64,000 nt of DNA from Saprospiraceae bacterium (GCA_031367705.1 JANLQI010000360.1:3012-67011); one strand, 5' to 3'. Positions 26,806 through 36,126 are shown, counted from the stretch's first letter. Numbers and translations are program-made. The notes: a model not told the origin generated them from the letters alone.

Positions 26806-27011
26806 GATGATGCCACATTGCACCGTTTTTTCAAATCCCGTTAGGGATGATTTTACGGTAGCGTTAGATAAAACGAGCCTATTTCGAGTCCCATCGGGAC
26901 GATTTTGTTTTTGAATAAAGCCATACCTACGGGACTTGACGTAAAATGTATGCCTTGTTTCTACCATAAAACCATCCCTAACGGGATTTTTAGAGCAAGT
27001 AACGTGGCATC
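26806..27011. other. Nested imperfect palindrome (~205 bp) of unknown function
   Basis: The outer arms are GATGATGCCAC and GTGGCATCGT. The inner arms AAATCCCGTTAGGGATG (26833-26849) and CATCCCTAACGGGATTT (26973-26989) are perfect. Internal GTCCC-ATC-GGGAC hairpin. Confidence 0.6.
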
Positions 27012-27040
27012 GTGATAGAACCTTGAATTTTTGCAAAAGT

Positions 27041-27224
27041 TCGAACATTCTTCGCGTGTCATCGAACATTCTTCGCGTGTCATCGAACATTCTTCGCGTG
27101 TCATCGAACATTCTTCGCGTGTCATCGAACATTCCTCGCGTGTCATCGAGCATTCCTCACGTGTCATCGAGCATTCTTCGCATGTTATCGAGCATTTCTC
27201 GCGTGTCATCGAACATTCCTTTCT
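27041..27224. repeat. 21-bp tandem repeat, about 8.7 copies
   Basis: TCGAACATTCTTCGCGTGTCA appears as four perfect copies, then progressively diverged copies. There are no unique spacers. Confidence 0.95.
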
Positions 27225-27260
27225 AAAGTTCGACATGTTTTTCCCTTTTTACTGAGGGGG

Positions 27261-28853
27261 CTATTTTTCAATCACAACTTTCTCTGTCCATGTGGCATTT
27301 TGTTTTTGAATTTTCAATAAAAATAGACCATTGGGCAAATCCGATACATTGATTTCTTTAGTTGACGTGCCGTGTTTCAATACTTTTCCTTCAACACTCG
27401 ATATTTGGTAAGTAAAAGGCAAGGCATCATTGAAAGAAACGAATATGAGTTGTGTAACAGGATTGGGTGAAATAATTGGCTTTTCAAATTCAGGCATCTC
27501 ATTGGTTGAAACGGCTGGATTACACACCGTTTTACCCAATAAAGTCGCCATTTCAGTACATAAATAGTTGTAATTGGTGCGCTCGGTTGCGTTTAAAGCC
27601 CTTAATAGTAAGTTCGTTCGTTCTGTTGGGTCGTTTGTGAGGTTATAAAACTCCTGAGAGCCGCTGTCGAAGTTCATGAGTTTAAAATCCATGTTTCGCA
27701 TGGTCTTTCCTTCTTTAGAATTGGCTGCGGGTGCCGACGAAAAGACTTCTGTAAAAGCCCACTGGCGTATAGTCGTTCCAGTATTCTGCAAGATGGGCAT
27801 GAGACTTTTACTGTCAATGGGTTTATTGGCAGGTATTTGCGAACGCCAATTGGTGAAACCTGCCATTTCAACGATGGTTGCAAACAAATCTTGGAAATTG
27901 ACTAAGGTATTGCTCACGCGACCTTGATTTTTTACTGAGGGACCCGCAATGATGAAAGGTACGCTCACGCCTGGCTGATAAATACTGCCTTTCGCGCGCG
28001 GAATTTGGGCAACGGTTGATTCATCGCCATTGTCGCCGACGAAAATAATGTCGGTGCTGTCCAATTTATTATTCGCTTCTAACCATTTGTAAAGTTTACC
28101 GACTTGATTGTCCATGGATTCAACCATTGCTTTGAAATAGGTCTTAGGATTTGCGGCAATATCGGCAGCCGTACCACTCAAATTGCGGTAAGAATGGAGC
28201 GTATCGGGTGGCAAATGCAGTGGGTCGTGCGGCAAAGTGAAAGCCATCCACAAAAAGAACGGCTTGGCATTGGTTTGTTGCCCGAGCCATTTGATGGCAT
28301 CGTTGGTTTCCTCCGTTGCACAGTAATTGGTGGTGTTCGTGGTGACACCATTGACCGTTTTGGGCCAACTGAAATAGTCTTGTATCGCTCCTTGAAAGTG
28401 TCCAGAGAAAAGGTCATAGCCCATTTTGTTGGGATAAGTCAAAGACTGGGCGGTTTGGCTGTGCAAATGCCATTTACCGACATTGGCAGTGGCGTATTTA
28501 GTCGGTGCATTGGCATTTTTCAATAATCTTGGAATGGTTATTTCGGAAGTATCCAAACCAGGGTCGCCCGCACCGCCCACACCATTGCCAATACCCGTTC
28601 GGAAGCTGTAACGCCCCGTCAACATACCCGCACGAGAGGGCGAACAAATGGGATTTGACCACGCATTGGTGAAACGAACACCTCGACTCAATAACTTCCG
28701 CACATTTGGCATCGGTGCGGTATCTAAATGGTTTTCATAATAACCACACCAATCCGTACCGATGTCGTCAGCAATGATAAGGACAATATTTCGTTGTGCA
28801 GTCGCATTGTACAGCGTCGTTATGACTAAAAAGAGGGTAAAAAGGTTTTTCAT
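27261..28853 (-). CDS. Arylsulfatase-family sulfatase with T9SS C-terminal sorting domain
   Basis: NIVLIIADDIG, the CSPSRAGMLTGRY formylglycine signature, and C-terminal ISPNPV...GLFLLKIQ...VVIEK. Confidence 0.9.
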   Translation of the reverse strand: MKNLFTLFLVITTLYNATAQRNIVLIIADDIGTDWCGYYENHLDTAPMPNVRKLLSRGVRFTNAWSNPICSPSRAGMLTGRYSFRTGIGNGVGGAGDPGLDTSEITIPRLLKNANAPTKYATANVGKWHLHSQTAQSLTYPNKMGYDLFSGHFQGAIQDYFSWPKTVNGVTTNTTNYCATEETNDAIKWLGQQTNAKPFFLWMAFTLPHDPLHLPPDTLHSYRNLSGTAADIAANPKTYFKAMVESMDNQVGKLYKWLEANNKLDSTDIIFVGDNGDESTVAQIPRAKGSIYQPGVSVPFIIAGPSVKNQGRVSNTLVNFQDLFATIVEMAGFTNWRSQIPANKPIDSKSLMPILQNTGTTIRQWAFTEVFSSAPAANSKEGKTMRNMDFKLMNFDSGSQEFYNLTNDPTERTNLLLRALNATERTNYNYLCTEMATLLGKTVCNPAVSTNEMPEFEKPIISPNPVTQLIFVSFNDALPFTYQISSVEGKVLKHGTSTKEINVSDLPNGLFLLKIQKQNATWTEKVVIEK

Positions 28854-29038
28854 TTTTTTTTATTTTTACTTTATTTTTTAAGTTTTAAAGAAAATAATAT
28901 CTGCAATTCGACTGATGGGTATTTTAAAAGTTTAATTATTTTAATTGTTTTTTTTATTTAAAATATTGACAATTAATTACTTATAAAAATATAGGGTGTG
29001 CGAAAACTGCTTCATTGAGTACATGTTGCCCAATAAAA

Positions 29039-29170
29039 CTAAATAAAAGTGTATAAAATAAAATATTGAGGAGAGGTGTTCTTCACTCTATTTCTGTACT
29101 GTTTCACCAATGCGTTAAAGGCAGCGTGATTCTCTATTTTCAGATTTTGAATTAAATTATTTTCGTCCAT
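29039..29170 (-). pseudogene. N-terminal fragment of an ECF sigma factor gene
   Basis: Hand translation gives MDENNLIQNLKIENHAAFNALVKQYRNRVKNT..., which matches a sigma-70 region 2 start. It runs into a stop after 43 codons. Confidence 0.5.
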
Positions 29171-29193
29171 CGAGACTTAATTTTCAAGAATAT

Positions 29194-29751
29194 TTAGACC
29201 CTTAGCGAACCTCGAAATCCTCTTCCCGCATAGTAAGATTCTGCCCCATTGTGATACGTGAAGACCGTATCGAATCGACGGTCACAAAAGACCGCACCAC
29301 CCAATTCTCTAATTTTTGAAGGCGTTTTCACCCAACTCGATGTTTTTAAGTCAAATTCGCCCAATTCCTGCAAGGCGCGATATTGCTCTTCCGACAAAAG
29401 TTCAATGCCCATAGCCGTTGCCATATCCACAGCATTGTCTTTGGGTTTGTTTTCTTTCCTTGACTCCCATGCTTCGAGATCGTAACAAAGACTTCTGCGG
29501 TTTTTAGGGCTTTCTGCGGCACAATCATAAAAAATGTATTCGCCTGTTTCAGCATCAAACCCGACAACATCTGGTTCACCGCTCGTTTCTTCCATAACAT
29601 TGAGTGACCACAGCTTTTCAGCGTTGACTTCTAATTTTGCTTGGATTTTCGACCATTCAAGACCTTTGTGGCGGTTTTGGTTTTTCTCAAAACGGGTTTT
29701 TATGGTTTTGAGAAGTGTTTCTTGTTGTTCTGATGTGAGTTCTTTTTTCAT
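29194..29751 (-). CDS. DUF4256-family protein
   Basis: ...RFEKNQNRHKGLEWSKIQAKLE...GEPDVVGFD...YHNGAESYYAGRGFRGSLRV matches the conserved DUF4256 pattern along its whole length. Confidence 0.8.
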   Translation of the reverse strand: MKKELTSEQQETLLKTIKTRFEKNQNRHKGLEWSKIQAKLEVNAEKLWSLNVMEETSGEPDVVGFDAETGEYIFYDCAAESPKNRRSLCYDLEAWESRKENKPKDNAVDMATAMGIELLSEEQYRALQELGEFDLKTSSWVKTPSKIRELGGAVFCDRRFDTVFTYHNGAESYYAGRGFRGSLRV

Positions 29752-29863
29752 TTTATGATAATGTTTTTTTACAAAGGAAGGACTTTATGGTAAAATGGGC
29801 TTGTTTTGGGTGTTAAATTATTAGTATTGAATGTTACCCGTTGGTGTTCTCATTTCGTTTTAT

Positions 29864-30478
29864 TTACTCCCATTTCTCGAGTAAATTAAATTCTTTGTCA
29901 ATATACAATTTTATGCATTCTCCTTTTTCTATGCGTGGTAATTTTAATTTTATAGTTGAATGTCTGTCTTTAACAATTAACGTCACACTGTCAATAGTTG
30001 GAGAACTTGAGCCACCAAGGTTGCCAATATATTTTGGGTAATAGAAGTTAACAATATCCTCTGTGTCATTACATTTTCCAAGTTGTTTTTCAAAGTCAGA
30101 AGATTTTAGTGATAGATATACATTGCCTTGTTTGGTCTTGTTATAAATTCTAATGTACGCTCTTGTTTCAAGGTCAGCTTGTTTCAATAAAACCAAATAA
30201 ACTATAGGAATATTTATAAAAGCCAAAAGAAGCCCAAATAATGATTGCCTAAGGAAGTTTGGATAGTTTTTAAAAGTAAAAATTGCGAATAGTAAAAGTC
30301 CGATAGAAGCAACTGGAATTGAAATAAGTATCCATATAAAACCATAGACTTCAAAACTATCAAGGTCAAATGCAAAAAATGCCCGTGCTATCCACCAAGT
30401 AAAAAAAATAAAAAGCCCAACCATTAAAGGAATTAATTCACATAGAAGTCCGATTTTGTAAAGGATTTTATTTTTCAT
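29864..30478 (-). CDS. Membrane hypothetical protein (204 aa)
   Basis: Three to four TM segments followed by a soluble C-terminal part. Confidence 0.5.
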   Translation of the reverse strand: MKNKILYKIGLLCELIPLMVGLFIFFTWWIARAFFAFDLDSFEVYGFIWILISIPVASIGLLLFAIFTFKNYPNFLRQSLFGLLLAFINIPIVYLVLLKQADLETRAYIRIYNKTKQGNVYLSLKSSDFEKQLGKCNDTEDIVNFYYPKYIGNLGGSSSPTIDSVTLIVKDRHSTIKLKLPRIEKGECIKLYIDKEFNLLEKWE

Positions 30479-30818
30479 TTTTTTGTCTGTTTGGAGTGTC
30501 GTTTTTTAATGACTGTTAACTCGTTAATTTATAAAAGTTTTGTCGTACCTTTTGTATTGCTCTTCCAAACAATCCAAAATGCACAACAAAACTACTATTT
30601 TTTTTAAATTCAAATGGTTTCATGATTTTCTTAATGACATTCGTTTGTATTACTCATTCAATAAATTCTCACAAAATTTTGTTTTTATACTACAAATATT
30701 TGTTTCTTTAAAATTTAAAAATTAATTTTGTTTATTGAAAAACATCTCTTTTACTGAGGGGGGTGCATTTAAGATAAAAAGAACATTATAATTTTAAAAA
30801 ACTCAAAATCATTGGGTT

Positions 30819-31553
30819 ATGAAGAAACAAGCGATGCAAAGGATGCACAATTTCCCAGATGCTGAACTTTATATGCTCTGTATGCAGTCCATCCGTCATG
30901 CTCACCGTGACATCGAACAGTTCAAACAATATGGTTATGCACTCGACAAACTGACTGGTTTCGCCAGCCAATGCGAACGCTTCAAAAACTTGCCCGACGA
31001 CGACGAACTCGTAGGCGACCAAATGATTGTCACCGAAAAAAAGTACGAAGCGGCTGAAAAATTAAAAAATGCCATTCGTTCCATTATGACCCGTGTGGAG
31101 ATGAAATACTCCAACCGGTCAGGTCGTTATCGAAAATTTGGCACAGCTAAAATGGGTGATATGACGGATGCACAATTGCTTTTTTGTGGTCGTCGTGTCG
31201 CTCGTGTCGCACGAATACAAGCCGATTTTTTGGGTGATGTTGGGGTTTCTGAAAACCAAATTTTACGTGTTTTAGATGCCTGTATTGCCTTTGAAAATGC
31301 CATAAATATCCAACAAGACCGCGTGGCTGACCGTGATATTGGCGTTGAAACCCGTATGGAACAAGGCAATTTCATTTATCAAAAAATGGTGGACGTGTGC
31401 AATATCGGCAAGGATATTTGGACAGATAAAGACCCTGTGAAATATGAACAATATTGCATTTATGAATCGAATAATGAACAGAAAAAGGCTCGAAAACAGC
31501 GTTTAGCGACTGAAAATGTAGGGAATTCGATGGAAAATGCGATTCATTCGTAA
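30819..31553 (+). CDS. Hypothetical protein (244 aa)
   Basis: ORF with core-like composition. No motif recognised. Confidence 0.5.
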   Translation: MKKQAMQRMHNFPDAELYMLCMQSIRHAHRDIEQFKQYGYALDKLTGFASQCERFKNLPDDDELVGDQMIVTEKKYEAAEKLKNAIRSIMTRVEMKYSNRSGRYRKFGTAKMGDMTDAQLLFCGRRVARVARIQADFLGDVGVSENQILRVLDACIAFENAINIQQDRVADRDIGVETRMEQGNFIYQKMVDVCNIGKDIWTDKDPVKYEQYCIYESNNEQKKARKQRLATENVGNSMENAIHS

Positions 31554-31560
31554 TTAGAGG

Positions 31561-31609
31561 ATAATGGATTGTTGATAATGGATAATTTGTATTATCAACT
31601 ATCCATTAT
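31561..31609. terminator. Hairpin built from ATAATGGAT words
   Basis: ATAATGGATTGTTGATAAT-N11-ATTATCAACTATCCATTAT. Confidence 0.7.
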
Positions 31610-31663
31610 TTACGTGATTTTTTTGTGAACCCTAACCCTTACTTTTGTTCCAAAATATCCATC

Positions 31664-32362
31664 ATGGAAAAAATACTCATTGTCGAAGATGACCCTCATA
31701 TTGCGGAATTGGTTGCCCTACACTTAACCGATGCGGGCTGTAATGTAACGATTGAAAACGATGGCATAGCAGGACATGACCATGCCTTGCGAGAATCTTT
31801 TGACTTGTTGTTATTGGATATTAACTTACCCAAAATGACAGGTTTAGACATTTGTAAAGCCGTTCGCAAACATCGGAAATATGTCCCAATTATGATGATG
31901 ACCGCTAAGTCTGATGAAAACGATATTGTTACAGGTTTAGAATATGGTGCGGATGATTATATTACTAAACCATTCAGTGTCAAGGAGTTAGTCGCTCGTG
32001 TCAAAGCTGTTTTACGCAGAACGCACGCCATGAACGACGATTTAGCCAAAAGTGGAAAGGTGTTGCAATACGAAGGTTTGACGATTGATACCGAAAATAG
32101 GACGGTTATACTGAGGGGGGAGCGTTTGGACTTAACACCCAAAGAATATGATCTTTTGTATGCCCTTGCGAAAAAACCAGGACGTAGTTTCTCACGCCAA
32201 CAACTGTTGGACAATGTGTGGGGCTATGAGTTTGAAGGTTTGGAGCATACCGTCAATTCGCATATCAATCGGTTGCGTATGAAAGTAGAAAAAGATGTAC
32301 AAAATCCGATTTATATTCTCACGACTTGGGGCGTGGGCTATCGGTTTAATGATGATATATGA
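31664..32362 (+). CDS. OmpR-family response regulator (receiver plus winged helix)
   Basis: ILIVEDD..., DLLLLDINLP..., YGADDYITKPF..., C-terminal LTPKEYDLL...TVNSHINRLR...TTWGVGYRF. Start chosen at the ATG at 31664. Confidence 0.9.
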   Translation: MEKILIVEDDPHIAELVALHLTDAGCNVTIENDGIAGHDHALRESFDLLLLDINLPKMTGLDICKAVRKHRKYVPIMMMTAKSDENDIVTGLEYGADDYITKPFSVKELVARVKAVLRRTHAMNDDLAKSGKVLQYEGLTIDTENRTVILRGERLDLTPKEYDLLYALAKKPGRSFSRQQLLDNVWGYEFEGLEHTVNSHINRLRMKVEKDVQNPIYILTTWGVGYRFNDDI

Positions 32363-32365
32363 ATT

Positions 32366-32479
32366 TTTGACCACTGATTGGGCTGATTCGACTGGTTTGC
32401 GCTGATTTTTTAGTTTCTTTCAAAAATGACAAAGAAAAATCAGCGTAAACCAGTCGAATCAGCTCAATCAGTGGTCAAA
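32366..32479. terminator. Very long (~45-bp stem) hairpin between convergent genes
   Basis: TTTGACCACTGATTGGGCTGATTCGACTGGTTTGCGCTGATTTTT pairs with AAAAATCAGCGTAAACCAGTCGAATCAGCTCAATCAGTGGTCAAA. Confidence 0.8.
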
Positions 32480-32480
32480 A

Positions 32481-34823
32481 TCAATCCTTCAAATTCGTCT
32501 CAAACAGCTTGAAAATACGCTTATATTCATCCATCCACGAAGTTGGCTCTACAAAACCGTGGTCTTCCATAGGGTAGGGCGCAAGTTCCCAATTCTCTTT
32601 TTTGAGTTCTATCAATCGTTGTGAAAGCCGCACCGCATCTTGAAAATGCACATTCACATCCACCATGCCATGACAAATCAACAAATGATTTTTCAAACCT
32701 TCTGCATGATAAATAGGAGAACTTTTACGATAAGCAATTGAATCGGTCATTGGTTCATTCAAAATATTTGAGGTGTAACCATGATTATAAGCCGCCCAAT
32801 CGGTCACAGGACGCAAAGCCGCACCTGCTTTGAACACATCAGGTGTTGTAAACAAAGCCATCAATGTCATAAAACCGCCATACGAACCACCGTAAATGCC
32901 GATTCGGTCTTTGTCAACGCCTTGATTGTCAACGAGCCATTTTGCACCGTCCACATTATCCGTCAAATCTTTACCACCCATGAAGCGATAGATGCCTGTA
33001 CGACAGTCACGACCATAGCCTGCCGAGCCTCGATAATCCATGTCTAAGACAGTGTAGCCATTGTCAACCAATAAGTTATGAAACATATATTCTCTAAAAT
33101 AACTGCTCCACCAACGGTGTGCATTTTGTAAATAACCTGCGCCATGTACAAAAATGACGGCTGGTTTTTTGCCCTTTTCGCCTTTGCCTTCATACAAACG
33201 GGCATAAACATCTACGCCATCTTGTGCTTTGAAAGTCATTACTTTCGGCTCACGCCAAGCGTAAGATTTGAAGTTTTTACTGAGGGATTCCGTAATTTGT
33301 GTAGGCGTTGCCATCGGCTTATTGTCTTTAATAAACAACTCCCACGGCTTTGTGGCAGATGAATACAAATAAGCCAAACGGCTTTCATCGGGCGATAAAA
33401 CGACTTGATTTGCGCCTATTTTGGGCGTTAAACGCACTCTTTCACCGCCATTGACGGACATTTTATAATATTGTTGTTCGCCAGGATGCACTTCATTTGT
33501 GGTTATGTAAAACGACTTTTTGTCCTTTGAGAGCTGTACGCTTTGCACTTCAAATGAGCCTTTTGTCAATTGCGTTTTTTTACCAGACGACAAATCAGCG
33601 GTATATAAATGTGCAAAACCATCGGCTTCTGATTGAAAATACAGTGTTTTATTATCACCTAATAAACCGATTTCATTGATTGGACCACCAATCCAAGCTT
33701 CATCTCGCTGTCTATCAATCAACGTAAGCGACTGATTTTCAACATTTAATTGCATAATCCAACGGTCTTTATTATCTAAACTTCTAATGACAACAACGGC
33801 AAATTTGCCATCGGGCGACCAAATAGGTTCACCAAAAAAGACCTTCCGAGGTTCGGGCTTTTTTTGTTTTGCGGTATCGGGTTTTGTCGGATAATCCTTC
33901 AAATAATCAGGTTTGTCGTAGATACCGTCTATATTTTTTGTCGAAACTTGAAGCATTGTATCTTTGTTGATGTCATATACCCACAGCTCATAAGTACCAC
34001 GTTGTACGCCTACTTTTGACCGACCTGTGATGTCTTCTGTAAAGCCTGTTTCGGTGACATAATTGGGTACAATCGTTCGTTTTTCACTGGTATTCAGTTG
34101 AGTTAAACGATAAATAACAAAATTCTCATCGGGGCTTAATGATTGATTATCAACCAATTTTGTATCAATAAAAATCTCTTTGGGTCTTTTTGGCGCATCA
34201 GTTTTGGTACTGATTTCAGTTTCTTTTTTCTTATCGGCTCGCTCTTTTAGAATGTCAAATAATGACAATTGGTCTTGTTTCAACCACTTTTCTTGTTCCG
34301 ATAATTTAGGTTCTGGTTTGGCTGCACCTGCCTGAAAATTGGTCAATTGGTTTAATTCACCCGTAGCGATTTGGATGCTGTACAGGTTATTGTTTTTTGT
34401 AAACAATACTTTGTCTTCTTTTTGATTGAACTTCGGATTGTTTTCAATTTCGAGAGTCCTCATCAGCGTGCGTGTGGTCATCGCAACACAATCGAAAAGG
34501 AAAATATCGCCGTTTTTAACATACACTTTTTTCGTTTGGTCACGGTTGTAAGTGCCTGATTGTGAAGGCAATGCGCGACGAATTTCAGGCGTGACTTTAA
34601 CGGGTTTGTTATTGGTTAACGTCACGGCATACAACGAATCTGCTTTGTTATGTTCTGGATTCCAACTAAAATAGAGCGTTTTGCCATCTTCTGACCAAAA
34701 AGGATTAGAGGGCAATGCGCCAACAGATTCTTTAGGGTCTGCCATAATTTGCTCAATGGAAAGTTGCGCATGGACTGAGGTGAACAGCGTAAAAACGAGA
34801 ATAAAGGTGTTGAAGAATTTCAT
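32481..34823 (-). CDS. S9-family serine peptidase (prolyl oligopeptidase/DPP-like) with N-terminal beta-propeller
   Basis: IGIYGGSYGG is the nucleophile elbow. C-terminal ...CHGMVDVNVHF... and ...MEDHGF. Signal peptide begins at MKFFNTF. Confidence 0.9.
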   Translation of the reverse strand: MKFFNTFILVFTLFTSVHAQLSIEQIMADPKESVGALPSNPFWSEDGKTLYFSWNPEHNKADSLYAVTLTNNKPVKVTPEIRRALPSQSGTYNRDQTKKVYVKNGDIFLFDCVAMTTRTLMRTLEIENNPKFNQKEDKVLFTKNNNLYSIQIATGELNQLTNFQAGAAKPEPKLSEQEKWLKQDQLSLFDILKERADKKKETEISTKTDAPKRPKEIFIDTKLVDNQSLSPDENFVIYRLTQLNTSEKRTIVPNYVTETGFTEDITGRSKVGVQRGTYELWVYDINKDTMLQVSTKNIDGIYDKPDYLKDYPTKPDTAKQKKPEPRKVFFGEPIWSPDGKFAVVVIRSLDNKDRWIMQLNVENQSLTLIDRQRDEAWIGGPINEIGLLGDNKTLYFQSEADGFAHLYTADLSSGKKTQLTKGSFEVQSVQLSKDKKSFYITTNEVHPGEQQYYKMSVNGGERVRLTPKIGANQVVLSPDESRLAYLYSSATKPWELFIKDNKPMATPTQITESLSKNFKSYAWREPKVMTFKAQDGVDVYARLYEGKGEKGKKPAVIFVHGAGYLQNAHRWWSSYFREYMFHNLLVDNGYTVLDMDYRGSAGYGRDCRTGIYRFMGGKDLTDNVDGAKWLVDNQGVDKDRIGIYGGSYGGFMTLMALFTTPDVFKAGAALRPVTDWAAYNHGYTSNILNEPMTDSIAYRKSSPIYHAEGLKNHLLICHGMVDVNVHFQDAVRLSQRLIELKKENWELAPYPMEDHGFVEPTSWMDEYKRIFKLFETNLKD

Positions 34824-34918
34824 TTTGATTGATTTGATTTTGATTTTATAAACAGCCAAAAGTAGTGATTTTGGTTGATTTTAAATTCAAAACAATCGTT
34901 TTTTCGACCCCCTCAGTA

Positions 34919-35350
34919 TCAGACCTCTTTTTCTTGCCAAGCGATTATCAAAGCAGGCAAATTGAATATGAGTGTTCCGACGAAACAGAGTGTACAAAGA
35001 ATATATTGGAAAGTATTGCTTTTGTAAAACTCAAAACCAATTGGTAACATAAACATTGAGGTTATGAGAATTAAAAAATAGGCATCGCGTTGGGCTTTTA
35101 TACGTACAAATGAAAGTCTTTCATCAAGCTGTATTTCTTTTTTGGCGATTTTGAAAGCGTCACTAATAGATTTTAAATAGAGTTCAACGACCATGTTGAT
35201 GATTAATAATACAAAAAATATCCCTATCAAAAGACCTATATTGATTCTTACGTAAAGATACAGTAACAGCCATAATGCTAAAAAAAACATTAAATAAAGG
35301 ACGACCAAAATACGCCTTGTTTTCAAGGTTGAATAGTTGCTTTTTTCCAT
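34919..35350 (-). CDS. Membrane protein, paralogue 2 of a tandem pair
   Basis: Start chosen at MEKSNYSTLKTRR. Same architecture as 35400..35834 and the same C-terminus, IAWQEKEV. Confidence 0.6.
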   Translation of the reverse strand: MEKSNYSTLKTRRILVVLYLMFFLALWLLLYLYVRINIGLLIGIFFVLLIINMVVELYLKSISDAFKIAKKEIQLDERLSFVRIKAQRDAYFLILITSMFMLPIGFEFYKSNTFQYILCTLCFVGTLIFNLPALIIAWQEKEV

Positions 35351-35399
35351 GATGAATGAGATTTTCGATTTTGAAATGATTGTTTGTACCCCCTCAGTA

Positions 35400-35834
35400 T
35401 CAGACCTCTTTTTCTTGCCATGCAATTAGCATAATAGGTAAATAGATATAAAGTAACATGGTAATGCAAAACAGGAGTATAATATAAGTCCAAGCGTCGT
35501 CTTTGAAGTACTGATAGCCAGCGGGTAAAATGAGCATTATAGACGATATGAGAAATTGGTAAGCATCCCGTTGCGCTTTTATGCGTACAAATGCTTGTCT
35601 TTCATCAAGTTTACTGTCCTTGGCTGCAATAAAGAAAACATCGCTTCTCGATTTTATAAAAAATGCTATAGTCCCATTAAGGATAAGCAATCCCAAGGGT
35701 ATCAACCACAAAAAAGTCATTTGTAGTTTTTCTGCCATTAAGTATAAGGTTATAAATGGAGTCATTAATGTTATGAAAAAAATGACAACCAACACACGTC
35801 TGTTTTTTAATGAAAGGGTTTTAATGTTATCCAT
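35400..35834 (-). CDS. Membrane protein, paralogue 1 of a tandem pair
   Basis: Four TM segments. Shares ...DERQAFVRIKAQRDAY... with the neighbour and has the C-terminus IAWQEKEV. Confidence 0.6.
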   Translation of the reverse strand: MDNIKTLSLKNRRVLVVIFFITLMTPFITLYLMAEKLQMTFLWLIPLGLLILNGTIAFFIKSRSDVFFIAAKDSKLDERQAFVRIKAQRDAYQFLISSIMLILPAGYQYFKDDAWTYIILLFCITMLLYIYLPIMLIAWQEKEV

Positions 35835-35846
35835 TTTTCTTTGATT

Positions 35847-36095
35847 TTAGTTGTTTAACAATTCCTCAGAAAGAGATTTAAAAGGTGTTTTTGAAAAGAT
35901 TTTTTCAATCGGTAAACAGAATAAAGCACTGATGCGAAAGGCTAAATCAAGGCTCGGATTGTACTCACCGCGTTCAAGATAACCGATGGTTTGAAAATTG
36001 ACTTCCAGTTTGTCTGCTAATTCTTTTCGACTCCAGCCTTTGTCTTCACGCAAAAGGCTGATGCGATTGTATATGTTTGCGCTTTCTTTTGCCAT
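35847..36095 (-). CDS. XRE-family HTH transcriptional regulator (82 aa)
   Basis: NRISLLREDKGWSRKELADKLEVNFQTIGYLERGEYNPSLDLAFRISALF. Confidence 0.85.
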   Translation of the reverse strand: MAKESANIYNRISLLREDKGWSRKELADKLEVNFQTIGYLERGEYNPSLDLAFRISALFCLPIEKIFSKTPFKSLSEELLNN

Positions 36096-36118
36096 TCTAT
36101 TTGTTTAATACTATGCTG

Positions 36119-36126
36119 CAAATATA
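36119..36126 (-). promoter_or_regulatory. -7 promoter box (TATATTTG on the minus strand)
   Basis: The plus strand reads CAAATATA, 24 nt upstream of the HTH gene start. Confidence 0.4.

Noticed and set aside
27041-27224. Possible CRISPR array.
   Set aside because: The repeats are directly adjacent with no unique spacers, the unit is only 21 bp, and there are no cas genes nearby.
26803-27255. Four overlapping ORFs (26803..27153 and 26961..27236 on the minus strand, 27023..27226 and 27031..27255 on the plus strand) encoding repetitive peptides such as FDDTRRM and SSNILRV.
   Set aside because: They are open only because the 21-bp (7-codon) tandem repeat lacks stops in several frames, and because the palindrome reads through. 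There are no credible starts or coding signal.
28104-28526. A 140-aa plus-strand ORF and neighbouring small ORFs inside the sulfatase gene.
   Set aside because: They are antisense or alternative frames of a gene with clear sulfatase signatures.
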